From positions 1-53,991 of the IMG/VR virus record IMGVR_UViG_3300047157_000023: a DNA stretch of 53,991 bases. One strand, written 5' to 3'. The DNA comes from a virus (Duplodnaviria > Caudoviricetes). The notes under the pieces are model-generated. The model ran no database searches, was not told the DNA's origin, and worked only from the letters and a program-made list of their open reading frames with translations. Positions within the stretch are counted from its first letter, which is position 1, and the number at the start of each line of letters is the position of its first letter. A program made the position numbers and the translations under genes. Positions 7,534 to 17,820 of the stretch are shown here, piece by piece.

Positions 7534-8175
7534 ATGGCTTCATATAAAAATTATAAAAGTATATCCGCTGCTAAAAAAGCAGGGTCAATGTACTACACGA
7601 ACAAGCAAGGCAAGAAGATGCTTGCTGTTACTAAAGAGCAGCTAGATGCTTGGAAAGAGAAGAACAAAGGTAAGTACAAAGGTTCTGCTCTTTCAGCTTG
7701 GGCAAATAGCAAAGGTAAGAATATATCTGAAAAGTCAGGTGCTGCTAAAAAGACTGTAAGGCCTAAAAAACGTCCAGGTTCAGGTGAACCTCCTGTAGCT
7801 AAACCAGGCTCTTTAGCTATAGAAAAAGTTACAACAACACTTATTAATAATCGTAGACCGCCAAAAATACCTGTTGCTGTAAAAAATAAAGTAAAAAAGA
7901 TTGACTCCGATATAAAGAAGATAAGTATTGGTGAACGTGAAGCTGCAAGTAAAAGATTAGAAAAAACAAAGAAAAAATTAGAGAAATTAAGAAGTCAAAA
8001 AGTAGATAAAAACCCAGGTTCTTTAATGGATGAACTTCTAGCTGAATTAACTAAAGTAGGTCTTTACGTTAAAGATCTTAAAAAAGTGGGTCTTGGTGCA
8101 AAAGGCGGAGTTGCTGGAGTTAAAAAATTAAGAAACAAAAAACCAACGGTTAAATTTGGAAGTGGTGGCAGATAA
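7534..8175 (+). CDS. Highly Lys-rich hypothetical protein
   Basis: 213 aa ORF coupled to the next gene. Confidence 0.8.
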   Translation: MASYKNYKSISAAKKAGSMYYTNKQGKKMLAVTKEQLDAWKEKNKGKYKGSALSAWANSKGKNISEKSGAAKKTVRPKKRPGSGEPPVAKPGSLAIEKVTTTLINNRRPPKIPVAVKNKVKKIDSDIKKISIGEREAASKRLEKTKKKLEKLRSQKVDKNPGSLMDELLAELTKVGLYVKDLKKVGLGAKGGVAGVKKLRNKKPTVKFGSGGR

Positions 8176-8411
8176 TGAAACTAGATGGTGATAAAGTTGT
8201 AGACCAATATGGTGCTGTTCTTGCAGAGTATATCCGTGGAGAATGGCACACTAAAGATCCTGCTGTATTGGATTTTGTAAAAGATACAGAAGAGGTAAAA
8301 GTACGTGCTCGTAATGACAAGGGTCAACTTCTTGGAGACGATCCTTCTACTCCTGATGTAAATGAAGCTTGGACTACTAAGGTAGTTAAAAAGGCTACAG
8401 GAAAGTCATAA
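8175..8411 (+). CDS. Hypothetical phage protein
   Basis: 78 aa; RARNDKGQLLGDDPSTPDVNEAW motif familiar from marine phage small proteins. Confidence 0.75.
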   Translation: MKLDGDKVVDQYGAVLAEYIRGEWHTKDPAVLDFVKDTEEVKVRARNDKGQLLGDDPSTPDVNEAWTTKVVKKATGKS

Positions 8412-8459
8412 CGGGTTTGCATTTTTGTCTGTAGTAAGTTACTGTAAAATATAGTATAA

Positions 8460-8494
8460 CTACTCCTGTCCAGATAGGGCTAACATAGGAGTAG
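8460..8494 (+). promoter_or_regulatory. SD-sequestering hairpin upstream of DUF1127 gene
   Basis: CTACTCCT (8460-8467) pairs perfectly with AGGAGTAG (8487-8494), which contains the SD. Confidence 0.6.
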
Positions 8495-8497
8495 AAA

Positions 8498-8662
8498 ATG
8501 TTTAGAAAATTATTTAATAGAATAGTAGAAGCAAGAACAGAATCAGCTAGACGTAAGATTGCACGTTTGCAACTTTACAGAATGACTGACAGAGAACTAC
8601 GAGACTTAGGAATAGGTAGATGTGATATAGAAAGGGTTTTACTAACAGGTAAAGCTCTTTGA
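8498..8662 (+). CDS. DUF1127 (YjiS/CcaF1-like) small protein
   Basis: Below the track cut-off; MFRKLFNRIVEARTESARRKIARLQLYRMTDRELRDLGIGRCDIERVLLTGKAL has the LxxMxDRELxDLGIxRxDI signature; AGGAG SD. Confidence 0.85.
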   Translation: MFRKLFNRIVEARTESARRKIARLQLYRMTDRELRDLGIGRCDIERVLLTGKAL

Positions 8663-8713
8663 AAAGCACAATAACTTCTTTAATGATACTAGGAGTACTT
8701 TGGGAGGAGGCTC

Positions 8714-9169
8714 GTGGACCCAGTTACAATAATCGGTGGAGCTACCGTAGCGTTCAATGCGTTGAAGAAAGGTTTCCAATTCGGAAAAGATCTTCAAGAA
8801 ATGGGTGGTCAACTAAATCAGTGGGCTAGCAGCATGAGCGACCTATCCTACTTAGAGCAGAAAAACAAGAACCCCCCTTGGTGGAAATCATTAGGGGGTT
8901 CTGTTGAAGCAGAAGCTTTAGAAATATTTACTGCTAAAAAGAAAGCTCAAGCTATGAGGCAAGAACTAAAAGACTGGATCAGTTTTACGTATGGACCATC
9001 TGTTTGGGATGAGCTTGTAGCAACTGAGGGTAGAATACGTAAACAAAAGAAAGAACAAGAGTATCGTAAAGCAGAGATACAAGAAGCAATAATTACTTGG
9101 GGTATATCAGGTGTTATTCTTTTAGTAGGTGCAGGTACACTAGGTTTTATAATTTATATGGTGGCATAA
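8714..9169 (+). CDS. Phage hypothetical membrane protein
   Basis: 151 aa, MDPVT start, C-terminal TM, GGGAGGAGG SD. Confidence 0.8.
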   Translation: MDPVTIIGGATVAFNALKKGFQFGKDLQEMGGQLNQWASSMSDLSYLEQKNKNPPWWKSLGGSVEAEALEIFTAKKKAQAMRQELKDWISFTYGPSVWDELVATEGRIRKQKKEQEYRKAEIQEAIITWGISGVILLVGAGTLGFIIYMVA

Positions 9170-9538
9170 TGGCAAGAAACTTAACAGAAAAACAACAGAA
9201 TTTCTTAGACGTATTGTTTGAAGAAGCTGGAGGTAATCTAGTTAAAGCTAGAAAACTTGCAGGTTATGCAGATGGAGTAGCTACAAAAGCTATTGCAGAG
9301 TCACTTAGCAGAAGAAATTGCAGACCTTACAAAGAAGTTTATTTCTTCGTCAGCAGTAAAAGCTGCATACTCAATGTTTGAGGTTATGAACAATCCTACA
9401 GACTTAGGTAATAAAGAAAAGATGGCAGCTGCTAAAGATGTTTTAGACCGTAGTGGTTTTATTAAAACAGAAAAAGTAGAAGTATCTGCAGCTAATCCAC
9501 TATTTATATTACCACAGAAAGCTAATGAAGACGAATAG
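9169..9538 (+). CDS. Putative terminase small subunit (one apparent frameshift at ~9305)
   Basis: MARNLTEKQQNFLD...ARKLAGY joins EEIADL...AAKDVLDRSG..KTEKVEV in a second frame; upstream of TerL. Confidence 0.6.
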
Positions 9539-9939
9539 AACTTGGAAGTTACCCAAACCTGTATCGGTAGATGGTGAATATGAGTGGCAACCTGTTGTAA
9601 GAGTTGGTAGACATGTACCATTTGGGTATAGACAAGACCCTGATGATTGTGATATACTACTACCAATTCCAGAAGAGTTAGAGTTGTTTGAAAAAGCTAA
9701 GAAGTTTATAAAGCAATACAGTTACAGAGAAGTAGCAGCTTGGCTCAGTACTCAATCTGGAAAGATACATTTCACATGTAGGATTATACAAGAGGGTAAA
9801 AATTGAGCAACAACGTAAGAACGAAGCTTCAACTCAACGTTACCTCGCCCAAAGGTACAAAGAAGCGTTACAAAAAGCGGAAAAGCTTGAAACCCAAAGA
9901 CTCGGTTACAGAGAAAGAGTTAGTTCCAGCCCAACCTAA
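9525..9939 (+). CDS. Putative DNA-binding protein (VPFGY + HTH-like), apparent frameshift at ~9762
   Basis: VPFGY...SYREVAAWL continues in another frame as YISHVGLYKRVKIEQQRK...SSPT, stop at 9937-9939. Confidence 0.55.
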
Positions 9940-11365
9940 GCCTGAAGAAATAGACTTTGAAAAAGCTAGAGAAGTTATCTTTGAGCCTAACCCTGGACCT
10001 CAAACTAGTTTTTTAGCGGCAACAGAACAAGAAGTTCTTTATGGAGGAGCAGCAGGTGGTGGTAAGTCTTATGCGATGGTTGCAGACCCAGTGCGGTACT
10101 TGGGGAATCCAAATGCACGAATGCTACTTGTTCGTAGGAGCACAGAAGAGCTTAGAGAACTTATATCAGTAAGTAAACAACTTTATCCCAAAGCTATACC
10201 TGGAATAAAGTTTATGGAAAGAGATAAGACTTGGGTAGCTCCATCAGGTGCTACATTGTGGATGTCCTACCTCGACAGAGAGGATGACGTTATGAGATAC
10301 CAAGGTCAAGCCTTTAACTGGATTGGCTTTGATGAACTTACACAATGGCCTTCACCTTACGCATGGAATTATATGAGATCACGTCTCCGTACAACAAGGG
10401 CTTCAGGTTTGCCACTGTATATGAGAGCGACTAGCAACCCTGGAGGTCCTGGCCATCAGTGGGTAAAAAGAACGTTTATTGATCCTCAAGTGCCTAATAA
10501 CTCGTTCCATGCTACTGATGAAAACGGAGAAGTGATACAGTGGCCTAAAGGTCACAGTCGAGAGGGTGAGCCTCTGTTCAAACGTAAGTTTATTCCTGCC
10601 ACCCTTTTCGACAACCCTTATCTATCTGACGATGGTTTATACGAAGCCAATCTTCTGTCGTTACCTGAACATCAACGTAGACAACTACTCGAAGGTGATT
10701 GGGATATAAACGAAGGTGCAGCTTTTCCTGAGTTTAATAGGAACATACACGTAGTAGAGCCTTATGAGATACCTTCTAACTGGGTTCACTTTAGAGCTTG
10801 TGATTATGGTTATGGTTCATACACTGGCATTCTTTGGTTTACTATGGTTCCAGGATCTGAACAGCTAGTAGTATACAGAGAACTGTACGTATCAAAGGTC
10901 ACAGCTACTGACCTAGCTGACATGGTACTAGAGATAGAAAATGAATCAGGAGAGAATATACGTTATGGAGTTCTTGACTCATCTCTTTGGCATAAACGTG
11001 GAGATACTGGCCCAAGCCTAGCAGAACAAATGATTTTAAAAGGTTGTCGTTGGAGACCTTCAGATAGATCAAGAGGCTCTCGTATAGCAGGTAAAAACGA
11101 ACTGCATAGACGATTGCAGGTAGATGAATTTACGGAAGAACCTAAACTTGTGTTTTTTTCTAATTGCACTAATCTTATATCTCAGCTACCCTCTATTCCT
11201 TTAGATAAAAAGAATCCAGAAGATGTAGACACAAACGCAGAAGACCACTTGTATGATGCCTTAAGGTATGGTATAATGACTAGACCACGTAGTAACATAT
11301 TTGATTTTGATCCTGCATCACAACGTACAGGTTTTCAAGCATCAGATCCCACATTTGGATACTAA
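9803..11365 (+). CDS. terL: Terminase large subunit
   Basis: Walker A YGGAAGGGKS, Walker B WIGFDE, ATSNPGG, nuclease DYGY...EDHLYDALRY; start possibly TTG 9887. Confidence 0.95.
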   Translation: MSNNVRTKLQLNVTSPKGTKKRYKKRKSLKPKDSVTEKELVPAQPKPEEIDFEKAREVIFEPNPGPQTSFLAATEQEVLYGGAAGGGKSYAMVADPVRYLGNPNARMLLVRRSTEELRELISVSKQLYPKAIPGIKFMERDKTWVAPSGATLWMSYLDREDDVMRYQGQAFNWIGFDELTQWPSPYAWNYMRSRLRTTRASGLPLYMRATSNPGGPGHQWVKRTFIDPQVPNNSFHATDENGEVIQWPKGHSREGEPLFKRKFIPATLFDNPYLSDDGLYEANLLSLPEHQRRQLLEGDWDINEGAAFPEFNRNIHVVEPYEIPSNWVHFRACDYGYGSYTGILWFTMVPGSEQLVVYRELYVSKVTATDLADMVLEIENESGENIRYGVLDSSLWHKRGDTGPSLAEQMILKGCRWRPSDRSRGSRIAGKNELHRRLQVDEFTEEPKLVFFSNCTNLISQLPSIPLDKKNPEDVDTNAEDHLYDALRYGIMTRPRSNIFDFDPASQRTGFQASDPTFGY

Positions 11366-11374
11366 GGAAATAAA

Positions 11375-13497
11375 ATGGCAGAAGAAGATTTTGAAGAAAT
11401 GATTATGGACATGGAAGAGACATCAGCAATAGAAGATGTTTCTGAAGAAGACTATAGAGATCCACTTACAGGTCACATTGTTCAGTTTGTCAAAGATAAA
11501 TACAGTAAAGCTGATACAGCTAGACAACTAGATGAAGAACGTTGGATTCAAGCTTACAGAAACTATCGTGGTTTATATGGACCTGATGTACAGTTTACTT
11601 CTACAGAAAAATCTAGGGTATTTGTTAAAGTAACTAAAACAAAAGTTCTTGCAGCTTATGGTCAAATAGCAGAAGTATTATTTGGTGGTAATAAGATTTC
11701 CTATTAGTATTGACCCTACAACTTTACCAGATGGTGTACAAGATACAGTAAACTTTGAAACTAATCCTGAAGTACGTAAAAGCAATTACAAGCCTGAAGA
11801 TATGGCAAACTTACTTCCAGGAGAAACTTACCAGAGTTTAAAGAAAGACTTGGTGCTTTAAAGAATGAATGTTAGAACCTGTAGAAGATGTAAAACCTAG
11901 AAGAAGGTCCAGGTCAAGTCCAAGTGCTATTACAATTTCATCCTGCTGAAGTTGCAGCTAAAAAGATGGAAAAGAAAATACATGACCAACTAGAAGAATC
12001 TCATGCAAAGAAACATCTACGTGCTGCTGCTTTTGAAACAGCACTTGTTTGGTACAGGGGTTATGAAAGGTCCATTTGCTATAGATAAAGAATATCCAAA
12101 CTGGGATGAAGAGGGTAATTACTCTCCTATGTTTAAAACAAGTTCCACAAACTACATCTGTATCTATCTGGAACTTCTATCCAGATCCAGATGCAGCTAC
12201 AATGGAAGAAGCAGAGTACGTTGTAGAACGTCACAAGATGTCACGTTCTCAAGTACGTGGCTTAAAGAATCGTCCTTATCTTCCGTGAAATGCTATTGAT
12301 AATGCTCTACGACTTGGTGAAAGTCCTATCACTAAAGAGTGGTGGGAACACATCATGGAAGATAACTCAGAAGAAGATAAAGCTGAACGTTTTGAAGTTC
12401 TTAGAGTTCTGGGGTTTTGTAGATAAAGAAGTAATAGAAGATCAAGGGGTAGACATCCCTAAAGATTAGAAGATGCAGATCAGCTAAGTGTAAATATCTG
12501 GATTTGTAATGGGCAAGTGTTACGTCTTGTAATGAACCCATTTACTCCAGCTTATATTCCTTACTTTGCAGCTCCTTATGAGATGAATCCATACAGTATT
12601 TTTGGTGTAGGTATTGCTGAGAATATGGATGATACTCAAACACTAATGAATGGCTTTATGCGAATGGCAGTAGATAATGCAGCTTTGTCTGGTAATCTAC
12701 TGATTGAGGTAGACGAGACTAATCTCGTCCCAGGGCAAGACCTCTCCGTGTATCCAGGAAAAGTGTTTAGGAGACAGGGAGGGGCGCCTGGTCAAGCTAT
12801 CTTTGGAACTAAGTTTCCTAACGTAAGTAATGAGAACATGCAGATGTTCGATAAGGCAAGGGTATTAGCAGATGAATCAACTGGCTTTCCATCTTTCGCA
12901 CATGGTCAAACAGGCGTACAAGGTGTGGGTCGTACTGCTTCTGGTATTTCCATGCTTATGTCTGCTGCCAACGGCAGCTATACGGAATGTAGTTAAGAAC
13001 ATAGATGACTATTTACTAGCTCCTTTAGGTAAAGCTTTCTTTAATTTTAATATGCAGTTTGACTTTGATACAGATATTAAAGGTGATCTTGGAGTAAAAG
13101 CTCGTGGTACAGAAAGTCTTATGGCTAATGAAGTACGTAGCCAACGCCTTATGCAATTTATGCAAGTTGTATCAAATCCTGCGCTTGCTCCATTTGCACG
13201 TATGGATTATATTGTACGTGAGATTGCTAAGTCTATGGATCTTGATCCAGATAAAGTTGGCAACAATATGGCACAAGCTGCGGTACAAGCTGAATATTAA
13301 AAAATTCCAAGCTGAGCTAATCCACCACCACCTCCACCACCAGGTGTCCACCACCAGGAGGCCCACAGGGAGCTCCTGCAGGGGCACAGGTACAGGATAC
13401 CCAAGGTAGTGGGGGTGGCACTATAGGAACTGGAACAGCCCCTCAGCCAGGAGAACAGGGCTTCTCAGGTAATACTGGTCAACAACAGGTACAATGA
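11375..13497 (+). CDS. Portal protein (several apparent sequencing frameshifts)
   Basis: Fragments 11375-11707, 12003-12299, 12106-12288, 12517-12996 and 12872-13300 form one portal-like protein after TerL (GTGVMKGP, SIWNFYPDP, GRTASGISML); Pro/Gln-rich tail ends at TGA 13497. Confidence 0.85.
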
Positions 13498-13700
13498 AAC
13501 TAATCGTGAACAATACTTTAAAACCTTTCGTAAACAATCCAGAGTTGTACAATCCATTTCTGGAAGAGATACAAAGTAGAATAGATAAGGTTCATAGACG
13601 ACTTGAGCAACTTAACGATATAGAAGAAGTTTATCGTGCTCAAGGTGAAATACGTATGCTTAGATCAATGCTAAGACTTAGGGATGATATTAATGGCTAA
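13494..13700 (+). CDS. Small head-associated hypothetical protein
   Basis: 68 aa directly after the portal; YRAQGEI motif. Confidence 0.75.
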   Translation: MKLIVNNTLKPFVNNPELYNPFLEEIQSRIDKVHRRLEQLNDIEEVYRAQGEIRMLRSMLRLRDDING

Positions 13701-13731
13701 TACAGTAAAATAATTTGCCGAAGGAGGCGTA

Positions 13732-15504
13732 ATGATAAGACCAGAACCAAGACCAGATATTGTTGACGTATCTCCTAGAGCAGAAGCAGGGGATCAGTTT
13801 TTTGTTGAAGAAGCTGAAAGAAATAAACCATTCCCTAATATTAAACCAAAACCAAGACCTAATTTAGATAAAGATAAAGGTCGTACTTATGACATTTATT
13901 CTGTAGAAATTGATGGAAGAGAGACAAATGTCATTGAGTTTAAAGATGGTTCAAGATTATCTATACCTCAAATAGAACAAATGTTTGAAGGATCTAAAAG
14001 TGCTACAGAATCAATCCCAGGAAAACAAACTACAAAAGAAATAATAAACTTTCTTGAAAGTAATAATCCTACAAGAGAAGAGTTTGTTAAACATTTTACT
14101 GCAAAAAGATTAAACAAAGGTGGAGCCATGATGGAAGAACAAATGCAGATGGCCTTTATGGATGAAGGTGGATTAAAAGATGATGGTATGGAAAAAGATC
14201 CAGTATCAGGTAATGAAGTTCCGTCAGGTTCTATGGCTAAAGAAGTGCGAGATGATATACCTGCACAGTTATCAGAAGGTGAATACGTAGTTCCTGCTGA
14301 TGTTGTTCGTTACTATGGTGTAAAGTTTTTTGAAGATTTGCGAGAAAGAGCAAAAATAGGCTTGCAAGATATGGAAATGAATGGTAGAATAGGTGGTGAG
14401 CCAGTACCTGCAGGTGGTCCAGTAAATAACGAAGAGCTATCTCCAGAAGAAATGCAAGCTATACAAGAGATGATGGGTATGGCTGAAGGTGGTGCTGTAA
14501 ACATGTACAAACAACAGCAAGAACTTTACACAGCTCCAAACCCTGCGATAGGTAATCCTATGCAAATGAACCAAGGTGGTCAAGTTAGTGGGTATGATCA
14601 AGCAGGAGCTGTAACTGCTAATCAACCTGCACCTGTTCCTGCACCTCCTGTTACTTCTGCTTCTGTTGAGCAAGATATGCTTCAAGCAGGTGCAGCAGCG
14701 CAATCAAGCAATTTTGGTGGGTTTCCTCTTGGAGCTACAATATTTCCTTCAGAAAAAACTGGTAAAACAATTTTAGAAACAATGGCAGAGCCAACACCTC
14801 AGACTGTAACTCTTTATAGTCCTAATTATCTTACCGACAATCAAACCATTACTTTGACTCTTCCAGCACAAGATGCTTTATACCAAGAGAAAATTGCAGA
14901 GGGTTATACTACACAACCACCTGTAGCTCCAGCTCCTTCATCAGGAGGAGGTGTTGATATACGACCACCTGCACCACCACCACCTGAAAAAATAGATTAT
15001 ACTACATACAAACCAGACGAATTACTAGAGGCTTTTGATAAAAATAGAAAAACACGTATGGCCTTGTTAGCTTTAGGTGCTGTTAATCCTGTTATTGCTT
15101 TGTTTGGCCAAGGTGCAACAAGAATGCAAGAAAAAGAAATAATAGCTGCAATGAAGGGTAGAGGTATGAAAATTCCAGAGGATGAGGGTGGTATTTTAAG
15201 TAATATTACAGACTTTGTCTCTGGTTTATTTGGTAAAGATAAAGAAGAAATAAAGAACACTGTAATAGACCAGTCTAGTGTAGTACCCACTAAGTCACCT
15301 AGACCAGGAGCTAAACCTAAACGAGCGTTAGATAATTTTAGAAAGTCTGAACAAAAAGAAGTAGATAAAGTAAGGGCTGCAAGAGAAAGAAGAAAGAAAA
15401 GAGGAACAACTGCTAAAGAAAAAGCAGCAGCTATGAAAGATGCAAGTTCTGGCGCAGGTGCATTTGCAGATAGAAGTGGAACATCTGCAGCAGATAGGGT
15501 TTAA
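13732..15504 (+). CDS. Virion-associated protein with repeated xxGG motifs and DDIPAQLSEGEYVVPADVV domain
   Basis: 590 aa between portal and scaffold; may extend to 13693-15537 through in-frame TAA codons at each end. Confidence 0.8.
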   Translation: MIRPEPRPDIVDVSPRAEAGDQFFVEEAERNKPFPNIKPKPRPNLDKDKGRTYDIYSVEIDGRETNVIEFKDGSRLSIPQIEQMFEGSKSATESIPGKQTTKEIINFLESNNPTREEFVKHFTAKRLNKGGAMMEEQMQMAFMDEGGLKDDGMEKDPVSGNEVPSGSMAKEVRDDIPAQLSEGEYVVPADVVRYYGVKFFEDLRERAKIGLQDMEMNGRIGGEPVPAGGPVNNEELSPEEMQAIQEMMGMAEGGAVNMYKQQQELYTAPNPAIGNPMQMNQGGQVSGYDQAGAVTANQPAPVPAPPVTSASVEQDMLQAGAAAQSSNFGGFPLGATIFPSEKTGKTILETMAEPTPQTVTLYSPNYLTDNQTITLTLPAQDALYQEKIAEGYTTQPPVAPAPSSGGGVDIRPPAPPPPEKIDYTTYKPDELLEAFDKNRKTRMALLALGAVNPVIALFGQGATRMQEKEIIAAMKGRGMKIPEDEGGILSNITDFVSGLFGKDKEEIKNTVIDQSSVVPTKSPRPGAKPKRALDNFRKSEQKEVDKVRAARERRKKRGTTAKEKAAAMKDASSGAGAFADRSGTSAADRV

Positions 15505-15540
15505 GGTGGACTAATGACCAAAGGCAAAAAGAAATAATAA

Positions 15541-15564
15541 GGCTACTCAGCTTCGGCTGACCCC
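15541..15564 (+). promoter_or_regulatory. cUUCGg hairpin with CUAC/CC internal loop in scaffold leader
   Basis: GG-CTAC-TCAGC-TTCG-GCTGA-CC-CC. Confidence 0.65.
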
Positions 15565-15582
15565 AACAGAAAAGGAAAAAAT

Positions 15583-16490
15583 ATGCCTGAATTAGCAGAA
15601 GTAGAAACACAAAAAACAGCAGGATTTGTTGACAGAGGTTACAATCACGAAAACGTAAACGTAGCCGAATGGAAGCTGAAGAAGAGGAGATCCGTAAACT
15701 TGAAGCTGAACAACGTGGAGAAGAAGACGAAGAACAGCAACCAGAAGAAGAAGCTTCCGAAAGAAAAAGAGGCCGATACAGAAGCTAAAGAAGAAACGTT
15801 ATCTGCTGAAGAAAAATCTTTTAAAAAGCGATATGGTGATCTAAGACGGCATATGCAAGATAAAGAAAAGGAATGGGACGAAAAGTTTAAAGCCTTTGAA
15901 GAAACGATTAAAAAAGAATCTATTATACCACCTAAGTCTGATGAAGATATAGAACAGTGGGCAAAAGAATACCCAGATGTAGCAGGTATTGTAGAAACTA
16001 TTGCTGCTAAAAAAGCTCAAGGAGATGTTTAGTAAAGCAGATGCTCGTACTAAAAGAGTTAGATGAAAGATTCAAACAGAGGCTGAAAGAACTAAAGCTG
16101 AAAATGTTATTCGTAAATCTCATGAAGACTTTGATGAGCTACGTGCATCAGATGAATTTCATAATTGGGTTGATGAGCAACCTAAGTGGGTACAAGATGC
16201 ACTATATGAAAACTGCAGATGACCCTGCTTCTGTAGTACGTGTTATAGATCTTTATAAAGTAGATAAAGGTCTTACTAAAAGATGCAAAAAAGCAAAAGC
16301 TAAAGATGCAGCTTCTACTGTAACTAAACGTAGTAAAACACAAGTAGATGTAGAAGATGCAAATGACGCAATTCGTGAGTCAGAAGTTGCAAAAATGTCC
16401 GATAAAGAATTTGAAGAACGATCTGACGAAATTAACAAAGCTATCCGTTCGGGTAAATTTGTTTACGATGTATCTGGCAATGCTAGATAA
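15583..16490 (+). CDS. Putative capsid scaffolding protein (apparent frameshifts)
   Basis: Charged helical protein (FKKRYGDLRRH...WAKEYPDV...AIRSGKFVYDVSG) directly upstream of the capsid gene. Confidence 0.7.
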
Positions 16491-16494
16491 GCTG

Positions 16495-16522
16495 TTGACA
16501 AATCAATTTTCAGCAGTATAAC
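16495..16522 (+). promoter_or_regulatory. Promoter for capsid operon
   Basis: TTGACA-N16-TATAAC. Confidence 0.65.
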
Positions 16523-16525
16523 TAT

Positions 16526-16699
16526 GGGTATATTGACAAAAGCCTCTTTTGACTACCTTTTGTCATACTCAAATTCATAAAAAGTCTAAACTAAGAAGAA
16601 CTACCTGGACAAGTATAGGCCCAGTGGTATTCGGTAGGCCAACTCAATACTTACTGCACCCTAGAAAACGTAACAGCCTCTTTTAGATGTTTAGCTTTT
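16526..16699 (+). ncRNA. Structured 5' leader (candidate cis-regulatory RNA) of major capsid gene
   Basis: TGACAAAAG/CTTTTGTCA hairpin, then a multistem closed by AAAAG/CTTTT and CTAAAC/GTTTAG with inner CAGTGGTATT/AATACTTACTG; two CUAC/CC loops. Confidence 0.6.
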
Positions 16700-16730
16700 A
16701 ATTCAAGCCAAATATCAGGAGGATTTTATC

Positions 16731-17806
16731 ATGGCTTTTACAACAGCAGGAGGATACGGTAACTTACCTAACGGTAACTTTTTCCAGTAATCTACTCCAA
16801 AAAAGTACAACTTGCATTCCGCAAGAGTACAGTATGTGGTGACATCACCAACTCAGATTATTTTGGGGAGATTAGCTGCCCAAGGTGATACGGTGAAAAT
16901 CATCAAAGAACCTGAAATTTCAGTGAGCTCATATGCTCGTGGAACACAGGTCAATGCACAAGATCTTGACGATGAAGACTTTCTCTCTAGTCGTTGATAA
17001 AGCTAACTACTATGCTTTTAAAATTGACGATATTGAGGAAGCTCATTCACATGTCAATTTTATGGATCTTGCAACCAACCGTGCAGCATATCGTTTAGCT
17101 GATCAGCATGACCAAGAAGTTCTTGGCTATCTGTCAGGTTACAAACAGTCTGCTTTACACACCGATGCTGACACAGTTAATGACCAAGTAAATGGTTCAA
17201 AAGCTGTATCAACTGCAGGTTCAGACGAGTTGTTATCTTCAATGAAACTTATCAAAAGTCTTCATTTGGTAACATCACAACGTCTTCTGCAGGAGATCAC
17301 TCAATTCCTGTAGCAGCACGTTTACCAGGTGCAACTGCACTACCAACAGCAACTGTTTCACCTGCGATGGTTGTATCTCGTATGAAACGTTTGTTAGATC
17401 AACAACAAGTTGATTCACAAGGTAGGTGGCTCGTAGTTGACCCAGTATTCATGGAAATCTTAGCCGATGAAGATTCACGTCTTCTTAAATGCTGATTACG
17501 GTGAATCAGGTGCTCTACGTAATGGTCTAGTACTGAACAACCTGCATGGCTTCCGTCTATACTTCCTCAAACCTTCCTCACGTAGGTACAGGTTCAGGAA
17601 CTACAGGTTCTGCAAACCAAAACACTAACTATGGTGTTATCGTTGCTGGTCATGACTCAGCAGTAGCAACTGCCGAGCAGATCAGTAAGACTGAAACATA
17701 TCGTGATCCTGACAGCTTTGCTGACATTGTTCGTGGTATGCATCTATACGGCAGAAAGATTCTTCGTCCAGAAGCAATCGTAACTGCTAAATATAACGCA
17801 GCGTAA
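16731..17806 (+). CDS. Major capsid protein (apparent frameshifts)
   Basis: AGGAGG SD; MAFTTAGGYGNLPNGNF...GDTVKIIKEPEI...AFKIDDIE...ETYRDPDSFADIVRGMHLYGRKILRPEA recovered across frames. Confidence 0.9.
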
Positions 17807-17820
17807 GGGGAGATTGAATT

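Noticed and set aside
11375-17806. Programmed frameshifting or true pseudogenes in portal, scaffold and capsid
   Set aside because: Too many scattered indels in essential genes; sequencing error is more parsimonious.
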